A stretch of 59,271 bases of DNA, filler included, from Basidiobolus ranarum (GCA_040143965.1; 6 parts of 6 records of this genome joined end to end with filler, not necessarily neighbours in it); one strand, 5' to 3'; shown: positions 26,333 through 39,935, numbered from the whole stretch's first letter. Made by a program: numbers and translations. The notes: generated from the sequence alone by a model not told the origin.

Positions 26333-28457
26333 ATGTCTTACATACTCACCAGGAGTTCCCAGATATCTACACCTCTAAAACTCGCTTCAGTTTTATGTGG
26401 TACTAGAGCCCAATTCAACTTCTTACCAACTCGCTTACTTTCTTCCTATGCCAGCAGAAATATTACACCTAAGCAAGTGCCATACACCTCTGATTCTCAC
26501 CCTCAATTCAAACGGAATAAACAGTTTAAGAAGGTGAATAACCATTATGTATACTTAATACTTTTCAATCTATTATATTTATCCTTGAATAGATTACCCC
26601 AGCAGATATTAAACATTTTAAAAATATCTTGTCCACGACTGGTGTAATAGAGGCTGATGGAGTTCATATTACCGAAGAAGATTTATTACCTTATAACCAA
26701 GATTGGTTCCAAAGCTACCGAGGAAATTCTAAGGTGGTCTTGAAGCCTCGTACTGTACAGGAAGTGGCGCAGCTTCTAAAGTATTGTAATCAAGAAAAGT
26801 AAGCTAAATATTACTATGTAAAGAACTATGGATGTGAGAGATGCTTACACAGGATTATTAAGACTTGCTGTTGTTCCTCAGGGAGGAAATACCAGTGTTT
26901 GCGGTAAAATTATCCCCATCATAACATACTTCGAAAGATTGAACTTAAATGTAATTTGTTGATAGGTGCTTCGGTCCCAGTCTTTGATGAGATCATAATC
27001 AATACTTCAAATATGAACAAAATTCGAGCCTTCGATCCCATATCTGGTAGAACTATACTTTCGGTTAGCAATTGGTCTCTAAGCTAACATCTTACAATTC
27101 AGGTGTCGTCACGTGTGATGCGGGTTGTGTACTTGAGAATCTGGACAATTATCTGGCTGAAAGAGATTATATCGTCCCACTAGATTTGGGAGCGAAAGGA
27201 AGGCAAGTAAGATTGAATAAAGTATCACGTGAATCACCACAGTATTTACAGTTGAGAATCGAACTAATGTAGTTGTCAAATCGGTGGAAATATCTCCACA
27301 AATGCTGGAGGCATACGACTACTTCGTTACGGCTCACTGCATGGCAACGTACTGGGACTAGAGGTTGTCCTCTCAGACGGGACAATCTTGGACAATTTGT
27401 CAACTTTACGCAAGGCCAATACTGGATATGATTTGAAGCAATTGTTCATTGGATCTGAGGGAACATTAGGCATGGTTACTGGGGTATCCTTGCTGACCCC
27501 TAGGCGGTCCAAGTCTGTCAATGCGGTGTTATTTGGATTAAATTCCTTTGACCATGTTCAAGAAACCTTTATGAATGCCAAAGAAAAGTTGAATGAAATT
27601 TTATCGGCGTTCGAATTTTGGGATGAGTCATCGTTGCACTATGGACAAACATTAACGGCCAAGAATTATCGTGTTCCATTCGATAAGAAATATCCATTCT
27701 ACGTATTGGTAGAGACAAGAGGATCCCACGAAGATCATGACCGCGAGGTACCTATTTAATGTATTTCGCTAATACAAATCCATTTGACCAACGATGTTTT
27801 AGAAACTGGACACATTCATGGAGGACCTATTTAATCAAGGCCAAATCGAAGATGGAGTTATTGCCCAAGATGCTTCCCAGGTATGTCAATCTCACTCGCT
27901 TGTCGTTGTGATAGTCTTGGTGATCTTAAAACATGTCAACTCTATTAGTTCAACAACCTGTGGTCTATTCGGGATTCTTTGGGTGAGTCTTGGGGTGGTG
28001 GTATGCCAATCTATAAGTATGACTTGGGAATGCCAGTTCCTATGTTATACAAACTGGTGGAGATGTTGAGAGAGCGATTAACTCAACATGGCGTCCTTGG
28101 CCCACAGGGACCAGCTAAAGATGTTACTGGGTTTGGACACATTGGCGATGGTAACCACAGGCATGATAACATACTCTTGGATAATAACTCACTATTTTCT
28201 CTGGGTCTTGTTTAGGTAATCTTCATCTGGCGGTTTTTGCCGAACGTTATGATCAGAAATTAGCTGCACTTATTGAGCCATACGTATTTGAATTTGTTGA
28301 AAAGCATCAAGGCTCTGTGACTGCTGAACATGGTTTGGGCATTAAAAATAGCTCTTTCATTGGCTATTCGAAAAGTCCGGCTATGGTGGATACAATGAAA
28401 AGACTAAAGAAAGTAATGGATCCAAATGGAATCATGAATCCATACAAAGTAATCTAG
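26333..28457 (+). CDS. DLD2: Mitochondrial D-2-hydroxyglutarate / D-lactate dehydrogenase (FAD-linked oxidase)
   Basis: [100 protein letters not shown]. Confidence 0.95.
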
Positions 28458-28643
28458 AGTCTTGTAGGGAGGAAAGCCTTAACGAACTGTTTTTGTCTAT
28501 AATGCTTGTATGAAAACGACATTGAATAAATGGATGAAAATTTATTTTGATGATTATTTGAATGCAGTCGGAACAATTAATCGAGCCATTGATGATCCAT
28601 TCAAAATTTTGAATGCAATCCTATATATGTATGCAGTGTTGAG

Positions 28644-29618
28644 CTAGATCTTATGTCCACATTCCTTCAAAGTTTCTTCTACCGCCTTTAAGACTCTGGT
28701 GATATGTTGACGCTCTGGTTCAATGACACTAATGCCCATATGCCTATGCGTAGAGTAAGGTACATCAGTAAGCGACATCTATAAAGAAACACAATGAATG
28801 CTACTATACCCGATTCTGAAGTATTTGCTGGCGTTTTCCTTATGAATTCCTCCAGCAATGGTCACCCCGCGAGAGGCAACTTTAGGGAGAAAGGCTGTAG
28901 CTGCAACATTTTCAGGGTAATATACAGCAGTCATAGCATGAGCAGCAACGTCACGAGAATTAGGCACCTGGAATCGGGATCAATATATTTCTAGCATACA
29001 GGTGTTTGAATAAATATTATTTTACCAATTGAAGTCCCCAACTTTCAAAAGTATTTTTAACATTGTCGCTCACTTCACGATGCTTAGTGAAATTGTTCTC
29101 AACTCCATAGGAATGAAGTCTCTTCAACGCAACGTTCAAGGCCATTACATTTTGTACCGCGGGGGTAGCAAAATAACTGGCCTTCCGGGCCTCGTAATTC
29201 CTCATAATGGGTATCCAACGGTTCCAACCAGCGTAGTAGCTTGAAGGAGGAGAAGTGCGTTTTTCGAATGTACTCTATATTAACGATGTTGATTAGGACC
29301 CTAACTTGGTGAAATAAGGGAAATATAAATTGATAATGATTTTCTTACGATTGCGCGTTGACTTGCCAATAAGAGAGAAAGGCCTGGTGGCGCCCCAAGA
29401 GCTTTCTGACTCCCAGTCAACACGACATCTACTCCCCAATCATCCATTTTGATATTTTCACACCCAACTGAGCATACTCCATCGACTACTACCAAGGTAT
29501 CGGGAACCTTTTGACGAACAAGTTTGGCTACACCCTCAATATCCGCTAATACACCGGTAGATGTATCCACATGAGTTAGGGTGATGGCTTTGTATTTTCT
29601 CTCATTTAATGCCTTTTC
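28644..29618 (-). CDS. AGX1: Alanine-glyoxylate aminotransferase (class V PLP), 5' part lost at contig end
   Basis: ITLTHVDTSTGV, VVDGVCSVGCE, VLTGSQKALGAPPGLS, SYFATPAV, GVTIAGGIH, YFRIGHMG. Confidence 0.92.
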
Positions 29619-29718
29619 NNNNNNNNNNNNNNNNNNNNNNNNNNNNNNNNNNNNNNNNNNNNTTAATTAATTAANNNNNNNNNNNNNNNNNNNNNNNNNN
29701 NNNNNNNNNNNNNNNNNN

Positions 29719-30143
29719 AGCCTCAGTCTTAGCCTTTCTCAATTTCTTGATGAGACCCATGGGCTTGCGCTTAAGACCACGGTTGAACTTTCTACGGGCA
29801 CGGCAGTGAACAAGTTCCATGAATTGTTCGCTGGATAAGTCCAAAAGTTGGTCGAGGTCAACACCACGGTAAGAGTACTTGCGGAAAGTTCTCTTCTTCT
29901 TAATTTCAGCACTTTGTTGGTCAGCCTAGGGAAAAAACACAACAGTTTGAGTTCAATCATTCATATTATAGAAGTAAGGTAACTTGTCTAGGGGAAAATC
30001 TATAAAAGTCAAGTAGTCATCATATAGTGATGGATGAAATACTCGATTAAATCGATTTTTGTTTGTAAAACACTAACTACGCGCTACTTCCTCCAACAAG
30101 TTTCCTTTGTAATAGTTGAACAAAATGTCGGTTCTCTTACCAT
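29719..30143 (-). CDS. RPS15: 40S ribosomal protein S15 (uS19), 3' part lost at contig end
   Basis: ATG-only exon (30141-30143), intron 29926-30140, then [66 protein letters not shown]. Confidence 0.96.
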
Positions 30144-30530
30144 GTTGCTTTATTTCTGAAGATGAATTCCTGGAGGCGAGAGGCAAGAGGATTCTCCACA
30201 CGGAAAGAGAACGATTCAATGAAACAATTTGCTCAGTTTTGTGGACCGCCATTTGGCAATTCAGTGGCAGGGGGTATGAATCCACTGCAATGGGCCAAAT
30301 TACACATGATTCAATTAGTTTTAATCCCCTGTCATTGATTCACTCTATTTTTTAGTTGAAGAATAGTTTAGCCAAAATACCTAATCAGTAACTAGTCAAG
30401 TTTGCTTTACTTTCAGAGATCATTTAGCATAAATGCATATTATTTCGTGACATGCTTTAGTAACCTTTTGCATATTGTCAGTTCGTTTTTATCGTATATT
30501 TGAGAAAGTTAGTTGTAAAGAGACACACAA

Positions 30531-33448
30531 ATGTCAAATAAATACTTACCCATAGTAGCGCACGTCCTGGTGGTTGCTTTGTCAGTACACAGTTAAACGG
30601 GGTTTTACTAGCTATCGAGTACTAACCATTTACTTTGGTTCATTAAAACTAGTCACCACCAACTTGGTCCTATAGTAGAGTTCGCCCACCCCCCTTTACC
30701 TTCTTTTGCGGAAGACGAAGAACTACACACTGAAATCGGATTTCCTAAAGTACCTAACGAATGGGTGTTTCTACCCTTCTTAGCTTTGCCTGGTAGGTCT
30801 TATTCTTACTAAATGGTGAAATTCCTGTCACTCCAAACGCCATATTTAACTTTAAATATCAAATTACAAGACGGAGCACACTTAAACGAGCAGCAAATTT
30901 GTTATTTCCATTTACCACCTATAAGACGAGAAATCGACTATGCTTTTTCCAATATGACCCTTTTTGGAATTTCTTGCTTTCGACAAGTTGAAACTTCAGT
31001 GAGTGAAGTCTATTGGTGATATATCACGAAACTTAACAGAGAAAGTCCAATACATTGATATTTTACGCGCGTTCATTTCTTTCTTTTAGAAAATCAAAAA
31101 TAGAACCCCCGATATTACTCGCGCTACGGTTCAAAAGGCAGTTGTCATAATCACTAGACAGGTATGTCAATAATCACCTTCAGCTAGCATTTTGTATACT
31201 TTTGCATGTTGTTGATGTCAATCTATAGGTAGTAGTAGGTTCCGTCAGAGACCAATTAATAGCAGCAACGTCCGCATACTTCGATCAGGGAGATTTCACA
31301 CAGAAGGATATTGTCATAGTGAGTATTAGATTAAAGCGTAGAAAGATATCTGAATTTGGCGGACGAAATTTAATTCAAATCTACTTTAAAAGAAACTTTA
31401 TGAAAGTGTCAGTACGAAATTTCACCATGGTGTCACCAACTCTTCTCTTTACTTGGGTAAATAGTGAGATTCTAAATTGATATTATGCAAGCATTAGTTG
31501 ACATAGAAATTCACTTTTCTTATTGCTAAGGGATATCCTTACAAGGCTTGGTGAGAAAATTCAAGTCGAAAACTCTGGTCTTATTTAAGTTACTTCTGCT
31601 TGAAAAACGAGTAAGTAATAGGCTCTTTACATAATACATCTCAAACCCATTATCTAATTTTAGTTTGGCTAAGGTTATGTTCTACGGCCATCCAGTTGAA
31701 AATTTGTGCGCTTTTCAATATGCTCTAGTTTCGTTAATCCCAGGTAAATTAGGACGATATCTTGGTTCTAAGCTCCACCACTTTCCCCTAGTGCTTGCCC
31801 AACTAAATTCTCATATCTAGGACTTTTGAGCCATTTACAAGAATGTGGCTCACCCAATCACTTACCCAATAGTAGAAAACCCGTAGTTCGTGATTTCAAT
31901 GACGAGAGACAAGTATTCTTCGAAAAAATGGCCCTTCCATTAGACATATTTAACGAGGTATACCGATAAAAGTGATGGCTCGTGATTCACTATTTTCTAA
32001 TTATACACTCCGCTTGCACTTAGGATTGCTTTTTTCAACCATATTTCCCGTTACAGCAGTTAGATATGATCGAAACGGAGGGTACTAGGTCGTTCATTAT
32101 TGGAACGGTATAATATCTTCTAAAGATCCCACTTCGTTGCTTCACTGTTTAACCCACCATCTTATATGATACTAGAGCAATGGGGTGCTTAAAACATTGC
32201 ATCGGAATCTGATTGACGTCGTAGTAAATGTACGTACTTGTTGCAACGAGTCAACCTCAGGAAGCCTAGACTAATTGTTTTTACCGATGCAGATTGAGAA
32301 TGGAACCATCAGCTACAATGACCAAGGCATCAGTGATATTGTGGAGCTAACATCGGCAGATAAGAGATTCATGGATGAGATTCTACAATCGGTGAATTAT
32401 TTCTATGATAAAAATGGTACAACTCCGAGCTCTAAACACCATACCACATTCTACCCACTCACTCCAACACCTCTTATCCTTCAGCACCTGAATACCAGGG
32501 AAGTGACGAGTATATTCGTGCAAAGTTCGAAAATTATCTCCTGGCTTTCTTGTCCAGTATTTATTACTCCGAAATGGGAGGTGAACACGAATCTTTTGAG
32601 GTGGTGTCAGTCACGGATGGAACTGGTAAATTTAACGATGAACTTTTATTAGCATCAATACCAATCTTGTTTGATTCTTTTTTCTTTTCCATAGAAACAA
32701 TCCAAATTAAAGACTTCAACGAAACCTGGGTTCATCACTGGACTGGTACCAAGAATTATGAGATTTGGAAGACTCAAATGATGCCAGAATTTATTTCTAT
32801 CATTGAGCCAAGGTATTTCGTCCTTCAGCTTAGATATAATGATTGTTGTTTAACGCAGTGGTTTTCACTAATATCTAGACACCCTGGTCATGGTGGAAGC
32901 ACGATCAATGATATGCAGCGAAAAATCTCCAAGTATTAAGCAGTTAACCACTTTATCATTAAACAATATGTTATTGACTGAGCCCGTTGTTTTTTACTCA
33001 TTTCCGCTAATAGTAGTTTGTATGACTTGCATTTGGACCTTGGCCCTATCACTGGTACCATCGCCAAAGCGATGTCCAGTGGGTCCGAGAGGCTCTCTAA
33101 GGCCGTTGGTACGCCATTATTCTCCTCTAACCATCACCAACCACCAATTACTGAATTTAATCCATTGATTTAGAAGGGCTATATGATCGCAATTCTTCAG
33201 GTAACTGGTGTAAGCTTCTTTCGAGTATATTCGTAGATTAAACCATCTTCCAGTAGGGAGCGGCTCCGAAACTAGTAGTATAAGAGAGGAACATGAAGGT
33301 CATTTTACATTCAGCTCTCTTTTTGGTAGAAGAGAATCATCGGAGGTAACCTCACATTCACCACCCTTCTTTCCCAGTCTATACTAACCCAAGGTACTCC
33401 CACTATACTTTCTAGAAAAGCGAGACTTCCCCTGAAGTAACGAAATGA
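30531..33448 (+). CDS. AVL9: Late secretory pathway protein Avl9 (DENN-related), many exons
   Basis: HVLVVAFHHQLGPIVEF, WVFLPFLALPDGAH, TLFGISCFRQ, DITRATVQKAVVII, LVLFKLLLLEKR, QYALVSLIP, FQPYFPLQQLD, LTSADKRFMD, DFNETWVHHWTGTKNY. Confidence 0.9.
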
Positions 33449-33748
33449 ACTAATTTCTTTCGTTTTATCCCAATTCTCCATCCTTTTACATAACCGACCG
33501 AATAGATTTGCCTAATTTCCTCACCATCTTCATTTGAAATAAACCACAAAGGAAAGGAACAAACCATTGACGTTGGTTGAGAATACCCTCATTTGAAATG
33601 CATTTTTTTAATGTGACGGAAAGAAATAAGAGTCATAAGCAATGAGAGTGAAGGGTTAAAGGTCAGATGATAACAAGACTATCTATATCTTAAATGGTTA
33701 GGTATATGCTGAGATGTGTAATCAACTAACTGGACGCTTCTAAAGAGA

Positions 33749-35157
33749 TTACTCGTGAGTTACTTCGTACTTCTTGCCCCTGATGGCGTAGATGCCCCAA
33801 TTGGCATTGATGCCAACTCGTACATCCTCTGGGTTGATGTCGTACTTCAAGCTTCTGAAAACATTCTTGGTTGGCTTCATTAACCAGTCAAAGTCATCCA
33901 CGTGATCTTCTTTAAGGGTTTGCACATCAGAATTCATATCTTGCTCATCGAAAGAAGTGATAAAGATGGGACATTTGGTTTCCAAGAGTTTACTGATAGA
34001 TGGCTTCCAGAGCTCTCTGGAATCGGATTGGCCAATTCCAGGGCTGAATAAGAAGAACATATCAGTGTAGGGATCAAATGGAGCCGCTTGAGGGAAATAC
34101 TCGTGGTAAAGTGTATTTTCATAGGTCAATGAAAGGTTTGCGTTGTAATTGTTGGTACCGGCTTGCATATTAGGTGGAACTGCTTCAGGTCCTACGAAAT
34201 AAAGATGGAATGCTGTCTCGGGGAATAAGTATGTTATCTGGCTATAAATGTGAGCTGGAAGTTGAGATTCGGCCCGAGCTCCCAAGATAAATACTCGAAT
34301 GGTCTCAGTTGGTCCTCTGACTTTCTTCCCAACTTGTTGGATATTCATGGTATTACGAAGTGCTAAAGTAGGCTTGTTATTACATTGCTGACTTTGGAAG
34401 TAAAATTGGATTAAATAAAAGGCTCACCTGTCAATGACTTCAATCCCTCGTTGGTCAGTACATCACCAAGCTTGTATGGACTAGAAGGATGAAGAATTGA
34501 GCCGATAGTGATTGGATAGGTCAAAAGCTTTGTGATATGACGCATCGATCTTTCGCTATCCATACTAGGGAAACCACGGGTATAGAAGAAAGTATCCCAA
34601 TTAGCCATGTTGATAGTCTCATCAAGGGGCTGACCAGCTTGATTTAAAGAAAATTTAGTCAGTGATAAGACAATGAAAATTTCTAGCTTTTCGGTCTACT
34701 TACATGGGAACTCAAACTCCTTCATTTTTCTACCAGAACGTAAGTCATGCTCATCCTCATTCACATCTCTCAACATACCACATACTTTTTCATGCTCGGC
34801 CTTGTTTTGTTCGTAATGCTCTTCGGAGCAATGAGTGGGATAACCGCAGTCAGGGCACTCGTAGGTTGGATGGTTATGCTCATGCTTCTCTTCACAGACT
34901 GGACAGATACCATACTTGTTGATGAGTAAAGCACGTTCGCCAATCTCCTTGATAGGAGACTTGGATAGAGGGTGAAAAAGATCGTCCTGTGACAAAATGG
35001 GCTCGTCTTTCTGGAAAGAATTTTTCTTACGAGAGAACCAAGTTTTCATACTTAACGAACGAGATAAAACTGGAACAATATGTGCGGGAGTTACCACTCG
35101 GTGGGAACTCACCTTAAGTGAGTTTAAAGCAATACGATTGATTGCTCCACGAAACAT
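33749..35157 (-). CDS. MSS51: Mss51 mitochondrial COX1 translational activator (MYND zinc finger), 3 exons
   Basis: LFHPLSKSP, YECPDCGYPTHCSEEH, NEDEHDLRSGR, NWDTFFYTRGF, TYPITIGSILH, FILGARAESQLP, PFDPYTD. Confidence 0.95.
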
Positions 35158-35591
35158 TACAATGGATTCTGGGTGAAGGGAAAGAGTTGGAGTGTATACT
35201 ACCAATTGACTGTCAGATAGGAAATGTTTGAGCTAGTTGAAGTCAAAGAATTTTTTACGAATTTACGAATCTCCAATCTAGTTAAGACTAGCAATCGAGA
35301 TGCTGGTTGAGAAATTCTTGATATATGCATATAAGCAAATCGCCCACGTGAAAATTGATTAAAATAGAGCTCAGTTTAACCTAATAGTTAATGCATACTG
35401 AATATCTTCAGAAATCTAAGATCCTATAAGAATTCATTTCTTCTCATTTCAACGTTATCGAGTTATGGTTTTATTCAATAATGTTTGGATAATAATGATA
35501 TCTGTTGAGTAATAAATAGCCCTGGTTGATGTATAATGGCCCGGGATGTATGGGAGTGGGATACGCAAGAGATTGGTGTCTCGTCATTCGT

Positions 35592-35735
35592 TTACATAAC
35601 CATGCATGTGGGTTTTCCTTTAACAATCATGCACATCTCTCCGGGCTTGGTGCATGGCTTTGGGCACTGGACTGCGGCATTAACACTAGCAACGACCATG
35701 GCAGCGGCAAGAGTAAGATAGAAAGTGAAACGCAT
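35592..35735 (-). CDS. 47-aa secreted cysteine-rich micropeptide (follistatin-N/FOLN-like spacing)
   Basis: MRFTFYLTLAAAMVVASVNA-AVQCPKPCTKPGEMCMIVKGKPTCMVM*: signal peptide with VNA cleavage motif, CAAC-ATG context, upstream TATA box and pyrimidine-rich leader. Confidence 0.8.
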   Translation of the reverse strand: MRFTFYLTLAAAMVVASVNAAVQCPKPCTKPGEMCMIVKGKPTCMVM

Positions 35736-35798
35736 GTTGAAGATGATGAAGAAGTCGAAGTAGAAGACTGTGATAGCAATGGGACATCAATCTGACGA

Positions 35799-35806
35799 CT
35801 TATATA
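35799..35806 (-). promoter_or_regulatory. TATA box of the micropeptide gene
   Basis: TATATAAG ~64 nt upstream of the ATG at 35735, followed by a CT-rich leader. Confidence 0.6.
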
Positions 35807-36583
35807 GTGGTAAAAAGATGCCCCTGGATGCACCTCCTGTTCAAAAGAAACGTACCATCAGAATTCTTTACATTGTATACATAACAAATTCATGGTACAT
35901 TTCAGAGTAATATGCAGCGTTCATGTGTTTATTGCTCTTCCCCTGATCATTGTTCAATCATTTACTTGAAACAAGGCAGTGAATAGCTGCAAGGTGATGA
36001 GATTCAAAAGAATACTAGTTACTTGGATTATAGTATGACATATGGCGCAAATATCCAGTATCCTCAGAGATCCACCGTGGGAATGATCTAGTATCAATCG
36101 CGTCAGGTACCGACAAACTCATAGACCGTCGTGGTAGTCCACTAAATACGGGGAAACAAAGCTCCAACCTCCATCTGGAAAAGCGTGCAATAATTGGCTC
36201 AGTCAAATTTTTCATCCGGAGGACAGAATAGAATTTGCATTATATATATATATATGCCCACTTATTTTAATCTGTCGTGATTTCGTCTTTTCCAAGTTTG
36301 ACCAATCGTTTATCTTATCATCTTATCTCATCATTCTCTGTCAGAATCCTTTTTTTAACTACTTACTGACTGGGGCATGATCACCTGTATATTTGTTATG
36401 AATCGACTAATTTAATTTTTGAGGAAATTACCATTCTTTTCGGACGTGAGGAACCCTGGCTTTTCATTCGAGTACTTAACTCATTGCTCGAAGCACGGTT
36501 AGTCGCTTTGGATCTCTCGTATCGTGGCTGCTACTTTACCTACTTCACTCTCTCGTAAGTCGGTAATATTGAACTCTTGAACA

Positions 36584-38505
36584 ATGTGTGGTATCGTTGC
36601 TTTGTTATTGGCCGCTCAAGATGGCTTGTCTAGTGGTGATCTTTTCGAAGGTCTAGGTTTGTTACAACATAGAGGCCAAGTATGTATCACCTGAATATAA
36701 CGGTAGTTATTGCTTTGCTTTCTGTTTACTTATTCATTTTCGTATTAGGACGCCGCTGGTATCATTACCTGTGGTCATAAAGGACGTCTTTATCAACACA
36801 AAGGGAACGGTATGGTTTCCGAAATCTTTGGCAAACAGGACTTAATTAACCTCGTCGGCAACATGGGAGTTGGTCACAGTTAGTACAATACTGAAGTATG
36901 ATGCAGCCTATTAAAGTTAACTAATTCATCGTTACTTCCGTAATTTATTAGCAAGATATCCTACTGCTGGTTCTTCTTCGTCCTCGGAAGCTCAACCCTT
37001 TTACGTTAACAGCCCCTACGGACTTGTTTTTGCCCATGTAAGATTTATTTCGGATAGAGTTAAGTCTTGATGTTCTCTTTACTTATCGCTTTGTCTTTAG
37101 AACGGAAATCTTATCAATACTGAAAGTTTACGTAACTACTTGGATTTTGATGCCCATAGACACATCAACACTTCTTCTGATAGTGAAGTTCTACTAAACA
37201 TCTTTGCTGATAATCTACAAAAGACTGGAAAAGCCAGGTACGTGTTTATAATTGTATATTCCAAAGTGCAATTTCTCACTCTTTCATTTGAACACCAGAA
37301 TTAATGAGGAAGATATATTCACTGCCATCAAGGGTATTTATGATACTTGTGTCGGTGGTTACGCCTGTCTTGCCATGATTGCTGGTAATTAGCGGATCCT
37401 TTTATCTCCTTATTTACTCTCAAACTAACCTTTTGTGTAGGATTTGGTATCATTGCCTTTAGAGATCCTAACGGTGTCAGACCTTTGGTTTATGGACGTC
37501 GTGCTTCAAGCGAAGGCTACGATTACATGTTTGCTTCTGAAAGTGTTGTGCTGGATGTACTTGGGTTCACCGATATCGTCGATGTCTTACCTGGAGAGGC
37601 TATCATTTTAACTAAAGGCAATATGACTAAGAGATTGTTAATGCCGGGTAAACCTTCCACTCCATGCATTTTTGAATATGTCTACTTTGCTAGACCTGAT
37701 TCAATCATCGATGGGATCTCTGTGTACAGATCCCGCCTTGCTATGGGTGAAGCCCTTGCCGCACAGATTATCAAGAAACTTGGACCCAATCATGATATAG
37801 ATGTTGTGATTCCCGTGCCGGACACTTCCCGCGTGTCTGCTCTACAATTGTCTTACAAATTGGGTATCCTGTTTAGAGAAGGCTTCATCAAGAACCGTTA
37901 CGTTGGACGTACTTTCATTATGCCAGGACAGCAAATGAGACGTAAGAATGTACGCAGAAAATTGAATCCTATGCCATTAGAGTTTGCCGATAAAAATGTA
38001 CTCTTGGTTGATGACTCCATCGTAAGAGGTACCACCTCCAAGGAGATCATCCAAATGGCCAGAGATGTTGGAGCCAAGAAAGTCTATTTTGCTTCTTGTG
38101 CCCCCGCTATCAGGTGAGCAAGGTATTCATTTATGTCAGTCAAAAGTCATGAAATTAACAGACTTCTCGTATTTTAGATACCCCAATGTATATGGTATTG
38201 ATATGCCATCGGCAAAGGAGTTGGTTGCCTATGGCCGCACGGAAGACGAAGTCTCCGAAGAAATTGGTGCTGATTGTGTCATTTTCCAAGATTTGGATGA
38301 TCTTGTCAAGTCTTGCGCTCGCTTCAACCCCAAAATCGAGCGCTTTGAGGCTTCGGTATTTGATGGAGACTATATCACCGGTGGTGTTACTCCTGAATAC
38401 TTGGCACACATCGAGGATTTACGCAATGACAGTGCTAAAGGCGGTCCGGAAACTTTAGCATCTCCAGAAACAATAGGACTCTTCAATAGCTTCCATAACA
38501 AGTAG
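36584..38505 (+). CDS. ADE4: Amidophosphoribosyltransferase
   Basis: [87 protein letters not shown]. Confidence 0.98.
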
Positions 38506-39611
38506 TGTGTGACAATTCCCAGATCTTCCCTCATGTTTAGTGTGTATGCTCTGTGCTTTCATTTATTCATCCGCTTAATCGTATCCAATCATTTCGCTTC
38601 TTTTCAACTCCCTGGCCTCTCCAGCTTTGGAGCAGTTTTAGAATATTCAGTTGAATTGTACGCGTGAGCTTCAATAGATATATTTGTTTTCCATTCCCAC
38701 CTCACTTCACCTATCTCTTTTCTTCATTCTCTGCCCCCACTTGGCTCTGTTTGAGCAACAGAGAGCATACAACGTTTTAGAAGTCATCATTTTCATCCAA
38801 TTAGTAATAAAATATTAAAATGGCCTATATTTCCAATACCCATTGCATCTTGCAACTCCAACTAAATCCAAGTCAGCCATTGGATAATCATATGATGAGT
38901 CATTTCAATGGAACACAGTCCGACTTCCCAAATCCAATTATTAAAAGCATGCCATTTCTAGATCAAGGTGGATTTGGAGATAAGTTTAAAATATTAGATA
39001 ATGACTGATAATAGATAATCGCAATATTAATCTCAGAAGCGATATCTAACACTTTAGCGGATTTCTTTCCTTTTCTATATTTTCAGGATCATATTCGCGT
39101 TCCACTTTGATCGTGATCTCCCGTCCTTATTTATCGACAATTTTGTAAATTAATCAGCTTTTGGGTGATCCCTTTTTTATTATGGCGAACTTGGTATCTT
39201 CCATGACTGAACAATGCTTGGTGTATTGGCAGGTATTGGCGTATGGTTAGATTTAAGAAATCACTTACTATGATATGACTTCTAAGTTAATGCGATGAAT
39301 TCGATCAGTGAGTTGCAGAAATTGACGGATGAAGATACTTTCCAATATCTAAGACATGGCATTGTGAACCCATCATGTGATATTTCTAATCAATAACCTA
39401 ATTGGGGTAAGAATGAAAATTGGGGTTAATGGTAGTAACCATGTTAAATTCATGGAGATAACTATTTTAAATTCTTCCGCTTCTTATGGAAATGGTGTAG
39501 CCATTTTGGCANNNNNNNNNNNNNNNNNNNNNNNNNNNNNNNNNNNNNNNNNNNNTTAATTAATTAANNNNNNNNNNNNNNNNNNNNNNNNNNNNNNNNN
39601 NNNNNNNNNNN

Positions 39612-39935
39612 TTATCTACGAATTCCTTTGATGAAGTGGGTGCTGTATCGTGGAGGCCCAATCTCTTACTGTGGTGCCTGAAAAGATGCTTGGTCACGGA
39701 CACCAGCAATACATCGTTGGAGAACGAGACGCTGGACCGTCCATATATGGTCCATATCAATTCAGCCCTACATTCCGATATCGACTTGTCCACCGTTGAA
39801 GTGGAAGAGAACAGGTTCAATCTTTATTTAAGCAACAGTCTAAACCTGGAAGAATGCAGAACAAATCAATCAACTGACCGGAAGAGCACTAACCCAACTG
39901 AAAAACTTACAAGTGTGATACCAGTGTACTTGTAG
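39612..39935 (+). CDS. C-terminal fragment of an unknown protein (start lost at contig edge)
   Basis: Open frame from the contig start to the stop at 39935; no recognisable motif. Confidence 0.3.
   Translation, partial: LSTNSFDEVGAVSWRPNLLLWCLKRCLVTDTSNTSLENETLDRPYMVHINSALHSDIDLSTVEVEENRFNLYLSNSLNLEECRTNQSTDRKSTNPTEKLTSVIPVYL

Noticed and set aside
35526-35833. ORF-track ORFs 35526-35795, 35536-35721 and 35627-35833
   Set aside because: Shadows of the 47-aa secreted peptide gene in another minus-strand frame.
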